Assembly: GCA_965222375.1 (NCBI GenBank)
Contig: CBDCTZ010000016.1
Coordinates: forward strand, 1,536,001 to 1,600,000
DNA: 64,000 bases
Direction of reading: 5' to 3'
Source of the DNA: Polyangiaceae bacterium
GTDB taxonomy: Bacteria; Myxococcota_A; Polyangia; Polyangiales; Polyangiaceae
In this document: positions 10,107 through 20,578 of the stretch, piece after piece
How positions within the stretch are numbered: the stretch's first letter is position 1
Layout: every line of letters begins with the position of its first letter
Program-made: the position numbers and the translations under genes
Notes under the pieces: generated by a model
Seen by the model: the letters and a program-made list of their open reading frames with translations, nothing else
Databases searched by the model: none
What the model was told of the DNA's origin: nothing

Positions 10107-11183
10107 ATGTGGACAAAAACTCTCCTTGTTGCCGCCGTCGCCACCCTGCACGTTGGATGTACTGAAAAGTCGGAGGGCGCGAAGCCCGTGAATTCCGCAA
10201 ACACGGCGTCGTCAGCAGTCTCGACTGGGGCAGTTGCCGCACCTGCAGCAACGTCCACCGCACCGGCTGTGCCAGCTGGGCAGGCCAGTGCACTTACCCA
10301 TCTGGCCGCAACCAAACCAGGCTCCTTCGATGCCAAGTGCAAGGACCTCGTCAAAACCCACAACCCTCCCGCGCAACAGCTCGCGCACGTTCTGCGCCGA
10401 CTCACCTGCGAACCGGCTCTGTACTTCAAACCGATCGCCGAGGTGCGTAAGGCGCTCGCGCTGCAAGTCGGCTACACCCTCACGTTCTCCGGTCCCGCTA
10501 CGGCGATGCTCGAATTCCCCAAGACCATTAGCCCCAAAGATCTGGGCCGCGTGATGGACGTCGGCAAGCCTGTCGCAAGGATGTCAGACCGAGGCGCTTG
10601 GCGCAGTCGCATTTGGTTTTTTGGTGCCGATGCCAAGACGGGTGCTCTCGACATCTGGGGGCCAGGCAAGACGATGATCGGTGTGCGCATCGACTACGCC
10701 AGCCTGCCCAAGGACGCGGAGGTCACGCCCATCGCCGAAGGCAACGAACTGCGTGGCACGGCGATCATCACGATGCCTCCCGACGTCGTGCCGGTGAAAC
10801 ACGACGCCGCCGCTGTGAAGCTCTTGCTCGCTGGTCTCGCCAAGCTGTCTTCCGATCGCAAGCTACTATCAGTCGAGCCGGAAGCGATTGCCAAACAAGT
10901 GGGGCTGGACAGCGAGCGCTTCCGCCTCTCGTCGCGATCCATCGGAAGCACCCGCTCCGGGACCGACATCTGGACTGCCCGCACCCGGATCGACGCAGAG
11001 CCACTGATCAAGGCCCTTGGCGTAAGGGGCAAGATCTCGCATCGCCGCGCCCGAGATTCCGACGACTACTTGCTCTACGACGGCAGCGACAGCGGTCACA
11101 AATACCAAGGGCTCAACCTAGAGCTCAGCTTCGACAAGCTGGAAGGTGATCGTTACGAGCTCAACGGGATCACCGTGCGCTAG
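10107..11183 (+). CDS. Hypothetical lipoprotein
   Basis: Signal ending LHVGC, Ala/Ser linker, 358 aa with GC3-rich codon usage. Confidence 0.7.
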   Translation: MWTKTLLVAAVATLHVGCTEKSEGAKPVNSANTASSAVSTGAVAAPAATSTAPAVPAGQASALTHLAATKPGSFDAKCKDLVKTHNPPAQQLAHVLRRLTCEPALYFKPIAEVRKALALQVGYTLTFSGPATAMLEFPKTISPKDLGRVMDVGKPVARMSDRGAWRSRIWFFGADAKTGALDIWGPGKTMIGVRIDYASLPKDAEVTPIAEGNELRGTAIITMPPDVVPVKHDAAAVKLLLAGLAKLSSDRKLLSVEPEAIAKQVGLDSERFRLSSRSIGSTRSGTDIWTARTRIDAEPLIKALGVRGKISHRRARDSDDYLLYDGSDSGHKYQGLNLELSFDKLEGDRYELNGITVR

Positions 11184-11283
11184 CTCCCAGCCCGCGACTC
11201 CAATTAACCTGCATTCGGCATCATAGAGTTCGCGCCCGACCCGACTTGCAATGTGTCAGCCTGCGAGGCTAGGTAGGGAGTTC

Positions 11284-11668
11284 ATGCCGACAAAGACGAA
11301 GCCGTGTCAAGGCTCCGTGTTGCTGGGGTTCGCCGCAGTATTGAGCGCACTGCTTGCGTGTAAGAGTAGCCAGGAACTGCGAGGCGACGGTCAACTACAT
11401 GGGCAAGCAATTCAGCGGTCGCGGCAAGGGTGAGAAGAACGCGAAGGTCAGTGGCTGCCTGGGTTGGTGTACCCACAAGGACCCACTGCTGGAATCCAAG
11501 TACCAGCAATGGAAAGCAACCCCGAGAGGGCAGCGCTCCAAGGACTCTCGCTTCGGCGACATCATCTCGCACATGCCCGGCGGCAAGGAGTTGGCTCATC
11601 AGTGCCGAGATCGCTGCCTGCTTGCGGAGCAGAGCGGGCAAGCGACGATTCAAGTCGACTGCAAGTAG
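11284..11668 (+). pseudogene. Frameshifted small lipoprotein
   Basis: Signal peptide ...SALLACKSS is in one frame and the mature part NCEATVNYMGKQF...DCK in another; shift near 11372. Confidence 0.55.
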
Positions 11669-11718
11669 CTCGAATCCTTCGAGCCGGGCGGTCGAAGCCG
11701 TGTTACCCAGCCTTGGTA

Positions 11719-12453
11719 ATGCTCAAATGGCTTCTCGGTCGCAGCCCTTGGGAAATTGCGGCGACCCTCTTCGTCGTGTTTCTCGATCTGGTGCACTGGC
11801 TGGTTTTCGAACCCGTCAACGACGCGCTGCGCTCGCTGCTTTCGACACCGTCGGTGCTCTCGATACTTCTGCTGATCGCGTTGTACTTCGCCTACTGCGT
11901 GGCGCTGATCCTGTTGGCGCTCCTCAAGCCCGAGTCAGGCGACAAACCTGCTACTTGGCAAAAGGTGTTGTTCCTCTACCCATCCTTTGGCTTCGGGATC
12001 ATCGTCGTGATGGCCGGCGGCGCTGTCGGCGGCATGATGTCGGATGACTCGGTCGCCCTGAGCGACGGCTGGCAGCAGGCCGGGGTGTTCGGCACGTTGG
12101 CGCTCTTTTTCGTGCACATCATGGCGGTCGCGATCCCGATCAAGCCGAGGCTCGGTGCGGAGCAGCCGGGCTACCTCCTGTTGTTGGCGCCCGCCATGGT
12201 GGTCAGCGAACTCATGCTCAACTTGTCCGTGGCACTCTGGTACCACTTCCTAGGCCCCGAAGCCGGTCCCGCGCCCGATGAACCGAGCACTGTGGGGTCG
12301 TTCATCATCGCCCTGCCGCTGTTCTTGCTCTTCTTCGCGGCGCCGCGGTTCACCTTCATGAGCCGCAGCTTCACGTGGACTGCTCTCGCGTCGGGTCTCG
12401 GTTTCGCCCTCTACGAGCTCTGGCACATGGTGGCCGAAGCTCCGCTGCTCTGA
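11719..12453 (+). CDS. Hypothetical integral membrane protein
   Basis: MLKWLLGR..., about 7 hydrophobic helices. Confidence 0.75.
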   Translation: MLKWLLGRSPWEIAATLFVVFLDLVHWLVFEPVNDALRSLLSTPSVLSILLLIALYFAYCVALILLALLKPESGDKPATWQKVLFLYPSFGFGIIVVMAGGAVGGMMSDDSVALSDGWQQAGVFGTLALFFVHIMAVAIPIKPRLGAEQPGYLLLLAPAMVVSELMLNLSVALWYHFLGPEAGPAPDEPSTVGSFIIALPLFLLFFAAPRFTFMSRSFTWTALASGLGFALYELWHMVAEAPLL

Positions 12454-12621
12454 AGCGCGATTCACGGCTCCCGCGCGTCCGGAGGTCCTGCCATCCGGCG
12501 AAACGCCGCATCGCGCCGGCCCTTTTCCGAAGTGAGCCATTGGCGTGCTGGGAGGGAGACGAGCAGGGCGCGTGCGAAGAGTTGCACCTGATCTCGGATG
12601 GAGGGAGCTTGCTGCGGCGTC

Positions 12622-13383
12622 ATGCGAATCCATGTCCTCCTCGCTCTGGGCGCTGCTGCGCTCCTAGCCGCCTGCTCGTCGGAGGACGACAGCGGCGGCA
12701 CTGCGGGCGGCGGGGGCAGTGGAGGTGGGGGCGCAACCTGTGATGAGGCGACGGATTGCGGCGACCCGACGACGATGGTGTGCGATCCAGTGCAGGGGCG
12801 ATGTGTCGCTGGTCAGTGCACGAACACGGTGGGGTGCAAGAAAGGTGAGACCTGCCGCTTGCAGCAGCAAGGCGCAGCAATTGGCGCGTGCTACCTCGAG
12901 TGCGTTTTCAATGGACGCCCCTGCCCGGGTGATGCGACCTGCCGGGTCTCCCCCAACGACAATTCCGGCTTCTGTTGGAACGCGGGCGCTGCCACCGAGG
13001 GGCAGTCGTGCCAATCTACGCCCGTCAATACCGGCTGCGCCCTCGGCCTCGTTTGCGCCATCGATGCAGGGCAGAACGTATGCCGCGAGCAATGCAGCTA
13101 TTGGTCCGCGTCGCCGGGCTGCCCCAGCTCGCAGCATTGCGCCGCGAACAGCCTTTGCTTTGCGCAAAGCGGTGATTCGGCGGCCATTGGCGAGAGCTGC
13201 GCTAGCGGCGCGACCGCGGGCGATCCTTGCGGCAGCGATGGTGGAGCTTGGCGCGGTTCATGCGTGAGCGACGGAGCGGGTCACCGCTGCACGAAAGTGT
13301 GTCGTGTCGCCGTCAGCGCAGACTGCCCCTCGGGAAAGACCTGCCAGCTGACCGCCGGCGATGATGTTGGCTTGTGTTTGTAG
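12622..13383 (+). CDS. Cys-rich lipoprotein
   Basis: LLAAC lipobox, Gly linker, many Cys-rich modules. Confidence 0.75.
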   Translation: MRIHVLLALGAAALLAACSSEDDSGGTAGGGGSGGGGATCDEATDCGDPTTMVCDPVQGRCVAGQCTNTVGCKKGETCRLQQQGAAIGACYLECVFNGRPCPGDATCRVSPNDNSGFCWNAGAATEGQSCQSTPVNTGCALGLVCAIDAGQNVCREQCSYWSASPGCPSSQHCAANSLCFAQSGDSAAIGESCASGATAGDPCGSDGGAWRGSCVSDGAGHRCTKVCRVAVSADCPSGKTCQLTAGDDVGLCL

Positions 13384-13418
13384 GACCCACGCGCTGTTCG
13401 CGCATGACTCGCCCACAA

Positions 13419-14009
13419 TCAGCCGGCGAGGGCGCACCAATACTGCAGTTCATCTGGCTGGTTCGGCAGCGTGCGATACACCAGTCCCGTGAAGCCGCTC
13501 GGGCCCGGGCGCTGCATGACGCGACCGTCGAACTGAAACATTTGACGAGAGCTGTCTCCCGCGTGGCTCCTGACGTCCATCAGCAGCGCGTCTCCTTCGT
13601 GGGCATGCGCCTGATAGTCCGCGCGCACTGAAAATGGCCCGAGCTTGGTGCGCTTGGAGGTTCCAGGCAGCAGCTCGAGGCGTTCGGTTTTTTGCGCCAG
13701 CAGTTTTGGATCCCCAGGGTCTGCGACGACCGAAGCCCGCCACATCACTTCACAGCGGATCGTGGGGCGATCATTCTTCGTGTAGTGGACTACCTGGCTC
13801 GGCTGCTTCGGATCCACGAGGGGCGAATCGGGCTCGTCCGCCGCGGGAAACTCCGGTTGGCCAAAGGTGGCGTGGCCAGCCGCTGTGGTCGGCTCCGGCC
13901 CCGGCGGCACGCTGTCGGCGCTCCGGGCTGGGCCCAGGGTTTCGCCACCACAGGCGAGACCGAACACTGAGAACAAAAGGGCCGAAATCGAGATCTGACG
14001 CATGGGCAT
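13419..14009 (-). CDS. Hypothetical lipoprotein
   Basis: FGLAC lipobox; GAGGAG RBS. Confidence 0.65.
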   Translation of the reverse strand: MPMRQISISALLFSVFGLACGGETLGPARSADSVPPGPEPTTAAGHATFGQPEFPAADEPDSPLVDPKQPSQVVHYTKNDRPTIRCEVMWRASVVADPGDPKLLAQKTERLELLPGTSKRTKLGPFSVRADYQAHAHEGDALLMDVRSHAGDSSRQMFQFDGRVMQRPGPSGFTGLVYRTLPNQPDELQYWCALAG

Positions 14010-14106
14010 GTCTCCTCACCCTCACGAAACGAACCTCCGCGGAAGGGCTTACACTCCGCGCGGGCTTGATCCCAGTGGTGCATCGACGAGACTAGACGCC
14101 CCACGC

Positions 14107-14526
14107 ATGACCGCTCGCACTCTGCTCCAACTGCTCGCTGTCGCCGGCGCCCTCAGCGTTGCCTGCGGCTCCTCGCAGCGGAACAAGAAGAACTACCGAG
14201 ATGTGCCCAAAGCGGTTGCCTTCGGCGTCGTGGCCACCGGCGTGTATCGAGGCGTGACCGGTGGTTGCTGGGCGCAGTGCACCCACGGGCTGGTTTGCGA
14301 CGAGGAGTCGGGTACTTGCGTCCCCTACGAGCAGAAGGCGCGAAAAGCATCTCTGAGAGCGCAAGCGCGGTCTCAGTCCACACCAGGCCCATCCCTGGTG
14401 CGCCGCTGCAGCTGTGAAGACGCTTCTGTGGTCCATGCACCGCTTCGCAATGACGGCGGGGCCGACGCGGCTGTCTGCAATTGCCCGCCATCCGTTCAGA
14501 CCACGGACGCGGGAGTGGGCGATTAG
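14107..14526 (+). CDS. Small Cys-containing lipoprotein
   Basis: LSVAC lipobox; GGCWAQCTHGLVCDEESGTCVP motif. Confidence 0.6.
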   Translation: MTARTLLQLLAVAGALSVACGSSQRNKKNYRDVPKAVAFGVVATGVYRGVTGGCWAQCTHGLVCDEESGTCVPYEQKARKASLRAQARSQSTPGPSLVRRCSCEDASVVHAPLRNDGGADAAVCNCPPSVQTTDAGVGD

Positions 14527-14665
14527 TTGATGGGTCTTGGTCTGGGTCGCGCCAGCGGTGCAGAAGGGCAATTGCTCCAGAAGAAGGCCTCAGTGGCGAG
14601 CCATAGGGTCGGAGCAGCGCGTGTGACCCGAGAAACTCACAAGCGAAGCCTGAGCCACCCGCCTT

Positions 14666-14745
14666 GCGCGGCCCAAGTCGGGAGTAGTGGCCCTGCCTGC
14701 ACCATCGCCGCGACCCCAAAACCCTAAGCACGCGGAGCTCAGTGG
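14666..14745 (+). repeat. Dispersed GGGAGTAGTGGCCC-core repeat (copy 1)
   Basis: ggcccaagtcGGGAGTAGTGGCCC...gcgaccccaaaaccc; related copies at 20.5/21.6, 25.3, 29.2, 30.9, 31.6, 40.5, 41.1 and 44.3 kb. Confidence 0.75.
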
Positions 14746-14799
14746 AGATCAGCGCCGTGTCGGGGACGAAGCTCGGTTTTCGGCGCATGTTTCGCTCCG

Positions 14800-16230
14800 A
14801 TGCACGAGCTGAAACCCTCGACGAGCCGAACCGGTCCAACGCCTACCGCTCCAGTCGTGTACTTGTGCTGGGCGGTCTTGCAGGTGGGTTGTTCATCCGA
14901 GTCTGACCCGGGTTCCTCTGCGGGAGGTGCAGGTGGTGCGGACGCTGCCGTGGTTAGCGACGCGGGTCCAAGCGAGACGGGTTCGGGCAGCTGCGAGCTC
15001 GGTAATGCTTGCGTGGCGTCCGCGTCCTGCGACGGCGAAGCAGTGGGCTGTGCCACATGGGCGGCGCCCACGAATCTGGTGCTTTCGGAAGGCGAGATCT
15101 GGGGCGCGGACCTCTTCAAGATCGGACAGGGGATCAAGACTTTCGTCGGCCGCACACCGCTCCAGGTACCGCAAGCGGCGAATTGGATTGCGACCATGCC
15201 ACCGGGCGCTGCTGCAACAGCAATCGCAGTCGGCGAAAACGGCACCAGCTATGTCGTGGGGTCCGTGACCCAGAACAGCCACGAAGATCTCATGTTGGCC
15301 GAATACCCTTATGCAACGCAGAACACGAGCAGCCCAACCCTGTTGTGGAAGGCTGGTGGCACGGGCCACGATCGCTTCGATGACGTCGCGGTATTGCCGG
15401 ATGGTGACGTTTTGGCGGTGGGCAGCATCACGAGTGGCGTGGATCTCGGCGCAGGCCCCAAGACGACGCGGGGAGAGCACGATTCAGTCGTGATTCGCTT
15501 CACCGCCAGCGGGCAGATCAGGGACTCTCTCGTTTTCGGTTCGGAAGGACACGACGTTGCCACGAGCGTCGCTGTGACGAAGGACGGACAGTTCCTGGTC
15601 ACGGGAACGTTTTCCGGCACCATCGAGGTTGCTGGGCACAGTGTAGCGAGTCTGGGCGGTTCGGACGTCTTCGTCGCCAAGCTGGACGCAGGTTTGAAGA
15701 TCGAGTGGTTGAGGCGTTTCGGCAGCTCTGGAGTCGAAGGGTCGCCGCGCGTCGCATGGACAACCCAGCCCATCCTGGCGATGACAACCCAGGGCAAGCC
15801 GCCAACTTGTGAGGATCACGACGCCAACACGCGGCTCGCTGTGATCGGACTGAGTCCCTCGGGTGACCTTCGCTGGAGGCGAACCAGCGAAGGTGCGCAG
15901 TTCGCGCTACACAAGCTGAGGGCCAGCAGCGGCGGCCGGCTTTGGATCACCGGTGCGGTCAGCGGTCCTGCTAGCTTTGGAGGAGCCGTGTTCGAGTCTG
16001 TCGACGCTCAAGACGGTTTCGCGCTCCTCGTCGACAGCGGCGGTTGCCCGCTCTGGCACCGTACCGTTGGCAGCGTGGGCGGGCCCGAAGCCGTGACGGA
16101 AATCCTCGACCTTGGAGCGGGCCAAGTTCTCTTTGGTGGGCGCTTCGCGTCGTCGATGGACCTGGGTAGCGGTAGCATCCAAGTGACCCAAGGGGGTTTC
16201 CTGGCGCGCATGCCGCATCCGGTGCCGTAG
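14800..16230 (+). CDS. Lipoprotein with SBBP-like beta-propeller repeats
   Basis: LQVGC; repeats like GxD.A.SVAV..DG...VTG.F and DVFVAKLD. Confidence 0.7.
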   Translation: MHELKPSTSRTGPTPTAPVVYLCWAVLQVGCSSESDPGSSAGGAGGADAAVVSDAGPSETGSGSCELGNACVASASCDGEAVGCATWAAPTNLVLSEGEIWGADLFKIGQGIKTFVGRTPLQVPQAANWIATMPPGAAATAIAVGENGTSYVVGSVTQNSHEDLMLAEYPYATQNTSSPTLLWKAGGTGHDRFDDVAVLPDGDVLAVGSITSGVDLGAGPKTTRGEHDSVVIRFTASGQIRDSLVFGSEGHDVATSVAVTKDGQFLVTGTFSGTIEVAGHSVASLGGSDVFVAKLDAGLKIEWLRRFGSSGVEGSPRVAWTTQPILAMTTQGKPPTCEDHDANTRLAVIGLSPSGDLRWRRTSEGAQFALHKLRASSGGRLWITGAVSGPASFGGAVFESVDAQDGFALLVDSGGCPLWHRTVGSVGGPEAVTEILDLGAGQVLFGGRFASSMDLGSGSIQVTQGGFLARMPHPVP

Positions 16231-16334
16231 GTGCATTGCGGCCCAGCGGGGTTTTGGCGCTGAACGGCAATGGGGCCCTTCGAGCTCTGGTCGAAACCGC
16301 GGCACGGCGGTTGCACGCTCGCGCGGCACTCAAC

Positions 16335-17657
16335 ATGCGCCGACCCACACACATCCTGCTTTGGCTTGCCTTTTCGTCCGCCAGCGCCTGCGGTAGCCGC
16401 TCCGAAGGCGACTTCGCCGAGTTCTTCCACGGCGGTCCGGGCGCGACAGGCACGCCCGGAGTGTGCCAAACCCAGCCCGAGTGGCAGCGCCGCTTCGATG
16501 GGCGCATTTACACCGCCGCCAGCTGGAATGCGACGGGGGTGAGCCTCGCGGGCCGCCACTTCGACGAACACCTCGAGAGCACGGCGATTACCCGCCTGTC
16601 CCTCGATGGTGCGGTTCTATTCGATCTGCGCCTCGATGGTCGCTCCGCTCTGATTGCGTCACAGGGTGATCGCAACCTCGTCGCGCGCACGTGGAAGGAC
16701 GATTTGCTCGTTTCGCTCCATGGCGCGGCTGGCGCGCAGCTGAACGAAACCACCATCGACACCGGCGAGGACGATTTCGCCCACGCGGTCCTCCCCGCGC
16801 CGGGCGGCTACTACGTGTATGGGGTTGCCGGCTACTATCCCTCGTCGCTCGGTGGATTGTTCGTGACTCGTCTGGATCTGGGTGGCAACGAGGTATGGAC
16901 CCGCATCTACGAAAAGCCGCACAAGATCAAGCTGCGCGCGCGCGCCGCCTTCGTGGATGCATCGGGCGGTCTCGTATTTATGGCGCAACGCTGGATTGCC
17001 GGTGGCAGCGGGCCGCCTTGGGTCGTTTCTTTGAGTTCCGACAACCAGGTGCGCTGGGAGTATCAGGACGCTGTGACGTACGAACGCGGTAGCGGCTGGG
17101 CCCTCGTGCCGAGCCCAGACGGTGGTGTCGTGCTTGCTGGCACCCTCGACGATACTGGCGTCGGCGGTGGCCCCGCGCGCGCGATTCACCTGAACGCCAG
17201 TGGCAAGTTGGTGTGGGTGCGCTCCTTTGACGACGGATCGGGAAATCAGCAGACCATTAGGGACGGCGTGGCGGTGCCGGGTGGCGGCTATGCTTTCGTC
17301 GGCTATTCGGCGAACAGCACCCAGGATCGGCTGTGGCGCCTAAGGGCCAATGGCTCCATCGCCTGGACGCGCGACTACCCGCGTACGAACACGGGCGGCA
17401 TGACCCAAATCGAAAACGCGCCCGGTGGTTTCTGGGTTGGAACTAGCGCCTGGAAGTCGAAGGGAGCGTCCCACTTCGAAGTGCTGCGACTGGGAGCGGA
17501 CGGCGCGGAAATCGACTCCACTCGCGCCGACGGTAGCGGCGTCGGCGGATTGAACGTGCTGCAGGCGGACGCATCCGGTCGGGTGTTGGCGGCGGGTGGT
17601 TGGCACTCCGAACCCGCCAAGCAAGGCCATGTGTTCCTGAGCGCAGGCTGCCGCTAG
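16335..17657 (+). CDS. Lipoprotein with beta-propeller repeats
   Basis: ASAC lipobox; repeated LD..G...W.R.Y units. Confidence 0.7.
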   Translation: MRRPTHILLWLAFSSASACGSRSEGDFAEFFHGGPGATGTPGVCQTQPEWQRRFDGRIYTAASWNATGVSLAGRHFDEHLESTAITRLSLDGAVLFDLRLDGRSALIASQGDRNLVARTWKDDLLVSLHGAAGAQLNETTIDTGEDDFAHAVLPAPGGYYVYGVAGYYPSSLGGLFVTRLDLGGNEVWTRIYEKPHKIKLRARAAFVDASGGLVFMAQRWIAGGSGPPWVVSLSSDNQVRWEYQDAVTYERGSGWALVPSPDGGVVLAGTLDDTGVGGGPARAIHLNASGKLVWVRSFDDGSGNQQTIRDGVAVPGGGYAFVGYSANSTQDRLWRLRANGSIAWTRDYPRTNTGGMTQIENAPGGFWVGTSAWKSKGASHFEVLRLGADGAEIDSTRADGSGVGGLNVLQADASGRVLAAGGWHSEPAKQGHVFLSAGCR

Positions 17658-17763
17658 TCCTCCCGCCTCGCGGGCCGCAAGCTCCGCGGATCCCGCGTTT
17701 GTTCGGCACAAACGCCGCGCCGTGGCGCCAGGTCTTTTCATCGGGGGAAATGCGTGGATCCTT

Positions 17764-18696
17764 GTGAGCGTGACTCCCAGCCTGCTCCTGCTCCTCGACG
17801 ACATCGCGAGCGCCCTCGACGACGTCGGCGTGATGACCAAGGTCGCCACCAAGAAGACCGCGGGTGTCTTGGGAGACGATCTGGCCCTCAACGCGGAGCA
17901 GGTCACCGGCGTGGACCCCAGCCGCGAGCTGCCTGTGGTGTGGGCCGTGGCCAAGGGCAGCTTCGTCAACAAGGGGATCCTGGTGCCCGCGGCACTGCTG
18001 ATCAGCGCGTTTGCGCCCTGGCTCATCGTTCCGTTGTTGATGATCGGTGGCAGCTATTTGTGCTTCGAAGGCTTCGAGAAGGTCTTCCACAAGTTTTTTC
18101 ACAAGGAAAAGCAGCAACAGCACCGCGCCGACGCTGCCGCGAAACGGCAGGATCCGAAGACCAATCTGGTGGAGGCGGAGCGGGAGAAGATCAAGGGCGC
18201 CATCCGTACAGATCTGATCCTATCTGCGGAAATCCTTGTCATCGCGTTGGGTACGGCGGCGGAGGCCCCGCTGCTCAAGAAGGCGCTCTTGCTCGTGATC
18301 ATCGCCATCACCTTCACCGTCTTCGTGTACGGACTCGTGGCGGCGATCGTGAAGCTGGATGACATCGGCCTCGCTCTGGTAGGAAGCTCGTCGTCGGCAG
18401 GGCGCGCGGTTGGACGAGGCATCCTGGCGCTTGCGCCCTGGCTGATCAAAGGCTTGGGCATCGTGGGCACCATCGCCATGTTCCTCGTGGGTGGCGGCAT
18501 CATCACCCACGGCGCCAAGCCCTTGGCAGCGATATCCGCCGCCGCCACGAAATCCGCGGGGCCCCTTGCCTGGGCGACGCCGCTGCTCTTCGATCTGATC
18601 GTCGGAGTGGCGCTCGGCGCGCTGCTCGTCGCGATCGTCCGCGTTGCGGGGCGCCTGTTCAAGCGCTCATCCAGCGACGAAGCCAGCGCGAGCTGA
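17764..18696 (+). CDS. yedI: DUF808 family inner membrane protein
   Basis: LLDDIASALDDVGVMTKVATKKTAGVLGDDLALNAEQVTG and KIKGAIRTDLILSAEI. Confidence 0.85.
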   Translation: MSVTPSLLLLLDDIASALDDVGVMTKVATKKTAGVLGDDLALNAEQVTGVDPSRELPVVWAVAKGSFVNKGILVPAALLISAFAPWLIVPLLMIGGSYLCFEGFEKVFHKFFHKEKQQQHRADAAAKRQDPKTNLVEAEREKIKGAIRTDLILSAEILVIALGTAAEAPLLKKALLLVIIAITFTVFVYGLVAAIVKLDDIGLALVGSSSSAGRAVGRGILALAPWLIKGLGIVGTIAMFLVGGGIITHGAKPLAAISAAATKSAGPLAWATPLLFDLIVGVALGALLVAIVRVAGRLFKRSSSDEASAS

Positions 18697-18815
18697 GCTG
18701 CCCAAACACCCCGTGGCACATGTCTGAACGCCTAGCTCGGCTGCAATTGCCAGAGACGTACAACATCGCGGCTTCCACCCACGCGGCAGGCAGCACCCTG
18801 CTATGCTGTGCGCCC

Positions 18816-19325
18816 GTGACTCGCGTCTTTCGTTCAGCACTCGTCGCAAGCCTGCTGCTCGTGATCGGCGCATGCGGCGGTGACGATGATGGCGGTGGTG
18901 GGCCGGCGAACACCGGGGGAAGCGGTGCAACGGGCGGCGTGGCCGGTGCTGCGACGGGCGGTGCATCCGGCGCAGGGACTGGCGGCGCGACGGGCGGAGC
19001 TTCTGGGGCGGCGAGCGGGGGCGCTTCGAGCGGCGGGATGGCGGGCGGTGGTGGCACAGCGCCGGATCCTTGTCCCCGCGTGAAGGTCGAAGTGAGCGCG
19101 GGCTCCACGCTCAACGTGCGGCCTACGCCCTCCACGGCGCAGGCGCCGATCGGCAAGCTGGGTGCAGGCGAGATCGTTCAAGTGCTCGCGCAGGTTCAGG
19201 GCGAGGTGGTCAACGGCAACACGCTCTGGTTCCAGATCGCGACGCCCTTGCTCAATGGCTACATTTCGGCCGAGTTCGCGAGCTGCACCCAAGAAACCCC
19301 GCCACCGCCGCCGGCGGCGTACTAG
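18816..19325 (+). CDS. Lipoprotein with bacterial SH3 domain (possibly 3'-truncated)
   Basis: VIGAC, Gly linker, LNVRPTPST...W...GYIS; ends directly after a poly-Pro linker. Confidence 0.65.
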   Translation: MTRVFRSALVASLLLVIGACGGDDDGGGGPANTGGSGATGGVAGAATGGASGAGTGGATGGASGAASGGASSGGMAGGGGTAPDPCPRVKVEVSAGSTLNVRPTPSTAQAPIGKLGAGEIVQVLAQVQGEVVNGNTLWFQIATPLLNGYISAEFASCTQETPPPPPAAY

Positions 19326-19802
19326 GTCCAGCGCGTTGCTCCGAACTCGCTCATCGTGCTCGGAGTGCGCGCAGTTCAGGCTGCCGGACATCAGCGGTTG
19401 GCGCAGTAGACGATGAGCTGGATGACAGCTGTGAGCCCGAGGGCGATCAACATGGCGTTGATCAGACCGTCGAACCACTTGCCAAAGGCGCGGAGCTGCG
19501 GCCTGAAGAGCAGCTTGCCGGCGATCAGCATTTCTCCCCGAACACGCTGCAGCGTACCAGTACCGGTTGCGTTTGCCCGCAGTGGCTCCGTAGCACCACG
19601 CGCTACCTGGGAGAAGGTACCAAGGGCTCGAGATTGCGCAGCCTCTAAAGGGCTCTTCCGGATCAGCCTGCCCTCCGGCGTGGATGGGGAGTTGGCGAAG
19701 ATCTCGGTGAGTCCGAAGGCGACCCAGGCACGGAGTAGCCCCATCGCTTCTGCCCTGTCGGGCGCGATCCTCGCTTCGGGATGCGCTACACTGACGCTTG
19801 CG

Positions 19803-20378
19803 ATGAGCCAAGCCTCCCATCACCGCTTCTCGTTCGACGAGTACGTCGTGCTGGCCGAGGACGCTGCCGTGAAGCTCGAGTTCTTCGACGGCCAGGTGTG
19901 GGCAATGGCGGGTGGCTCCCCAGAGCATGCCGCCATCGCCGGGAACGTGGTGGCCTTGCTGAACGTGCGCCTCTCGGGTCAACGGTGCCGCGTATTCACG
20001 TCGGATCTGCGTATTCGGATCAAGGCAACCGGACTCGGCACCTATCCGGATGTCAGCGTCGTGTGTGGGAAGCTCGAGCTGGATCCTGAAGATCCTACGC
20101 AGCAGACGGTGACCAATCCCCGGGTCTTGGTCGAAATCCTGAGTCCTTCAACGGAAGTCTACGATCGCGGCGAAAAGCTCGCGCACTATCAGCAGATCCC
20201 CGCCCTCCAAGAGATCGTGTTCATCGCTCAGGAAAGCCAGGAGATCGAAGTTGTTCGCCGGGAGGCGGACGGTTCCTGGTCCCGCCACTTCGCGCGGGAG
20301 GGCGAGTCCGCAGAGCTGGCGTGCCTGAGTTGCGAGCTTCCGGTCGTGAAGGTGTACGAAAACCCACTGGCCGACTGA
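19803..20378 (+). CDS. Uma2 family endonuclease
   Basis: EFFDGQVWAMAGGSPEH, YPDVSVVC, VEILSPSTEVYDRGEK. Confidence 0.9.
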   Translation: MSQASHHRFSFDEYVVLAEDAAVKLEFFDGQVWAMAGGSPEHAAIAGNVVALLNVRLSGQRCRVFTSDLRIRIKATGLGTYPDVSVVCGKLELDPEDPTQQTVTNPRVLVEILSPSTEVYDRGEKLAHYQQIPALQEIVFIAQESQEIEVVRREADGSWSRHFAREGESAELACLSCELPVVKVYENPLAD

Positions 20379-20578
20379 TCCCGCCCCGCCGCTGCAATCC
20401 GCCAGCACCTTGTCTATCGCAAACGCCCCGCCCAATGAGCCCGTGACAATCTTGATGTGGATGGGAGGATGCGGGGGGGGGCAGCGGCGCGCACCCGGTG
20501 TGCCCGGAGTTCTCTGGTTTGTGAAGCGTCGAGCTACGCAGGGTTTTGGGGGTCGGTTCGCGGGAGCGCGGTGGGCCC

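Noticed and set aside
19391..19744. 117-aa minus-strand ORF with hydrophobic tail
   Set aside because: Only the last ~45 aa look protein-like; cannot assign.
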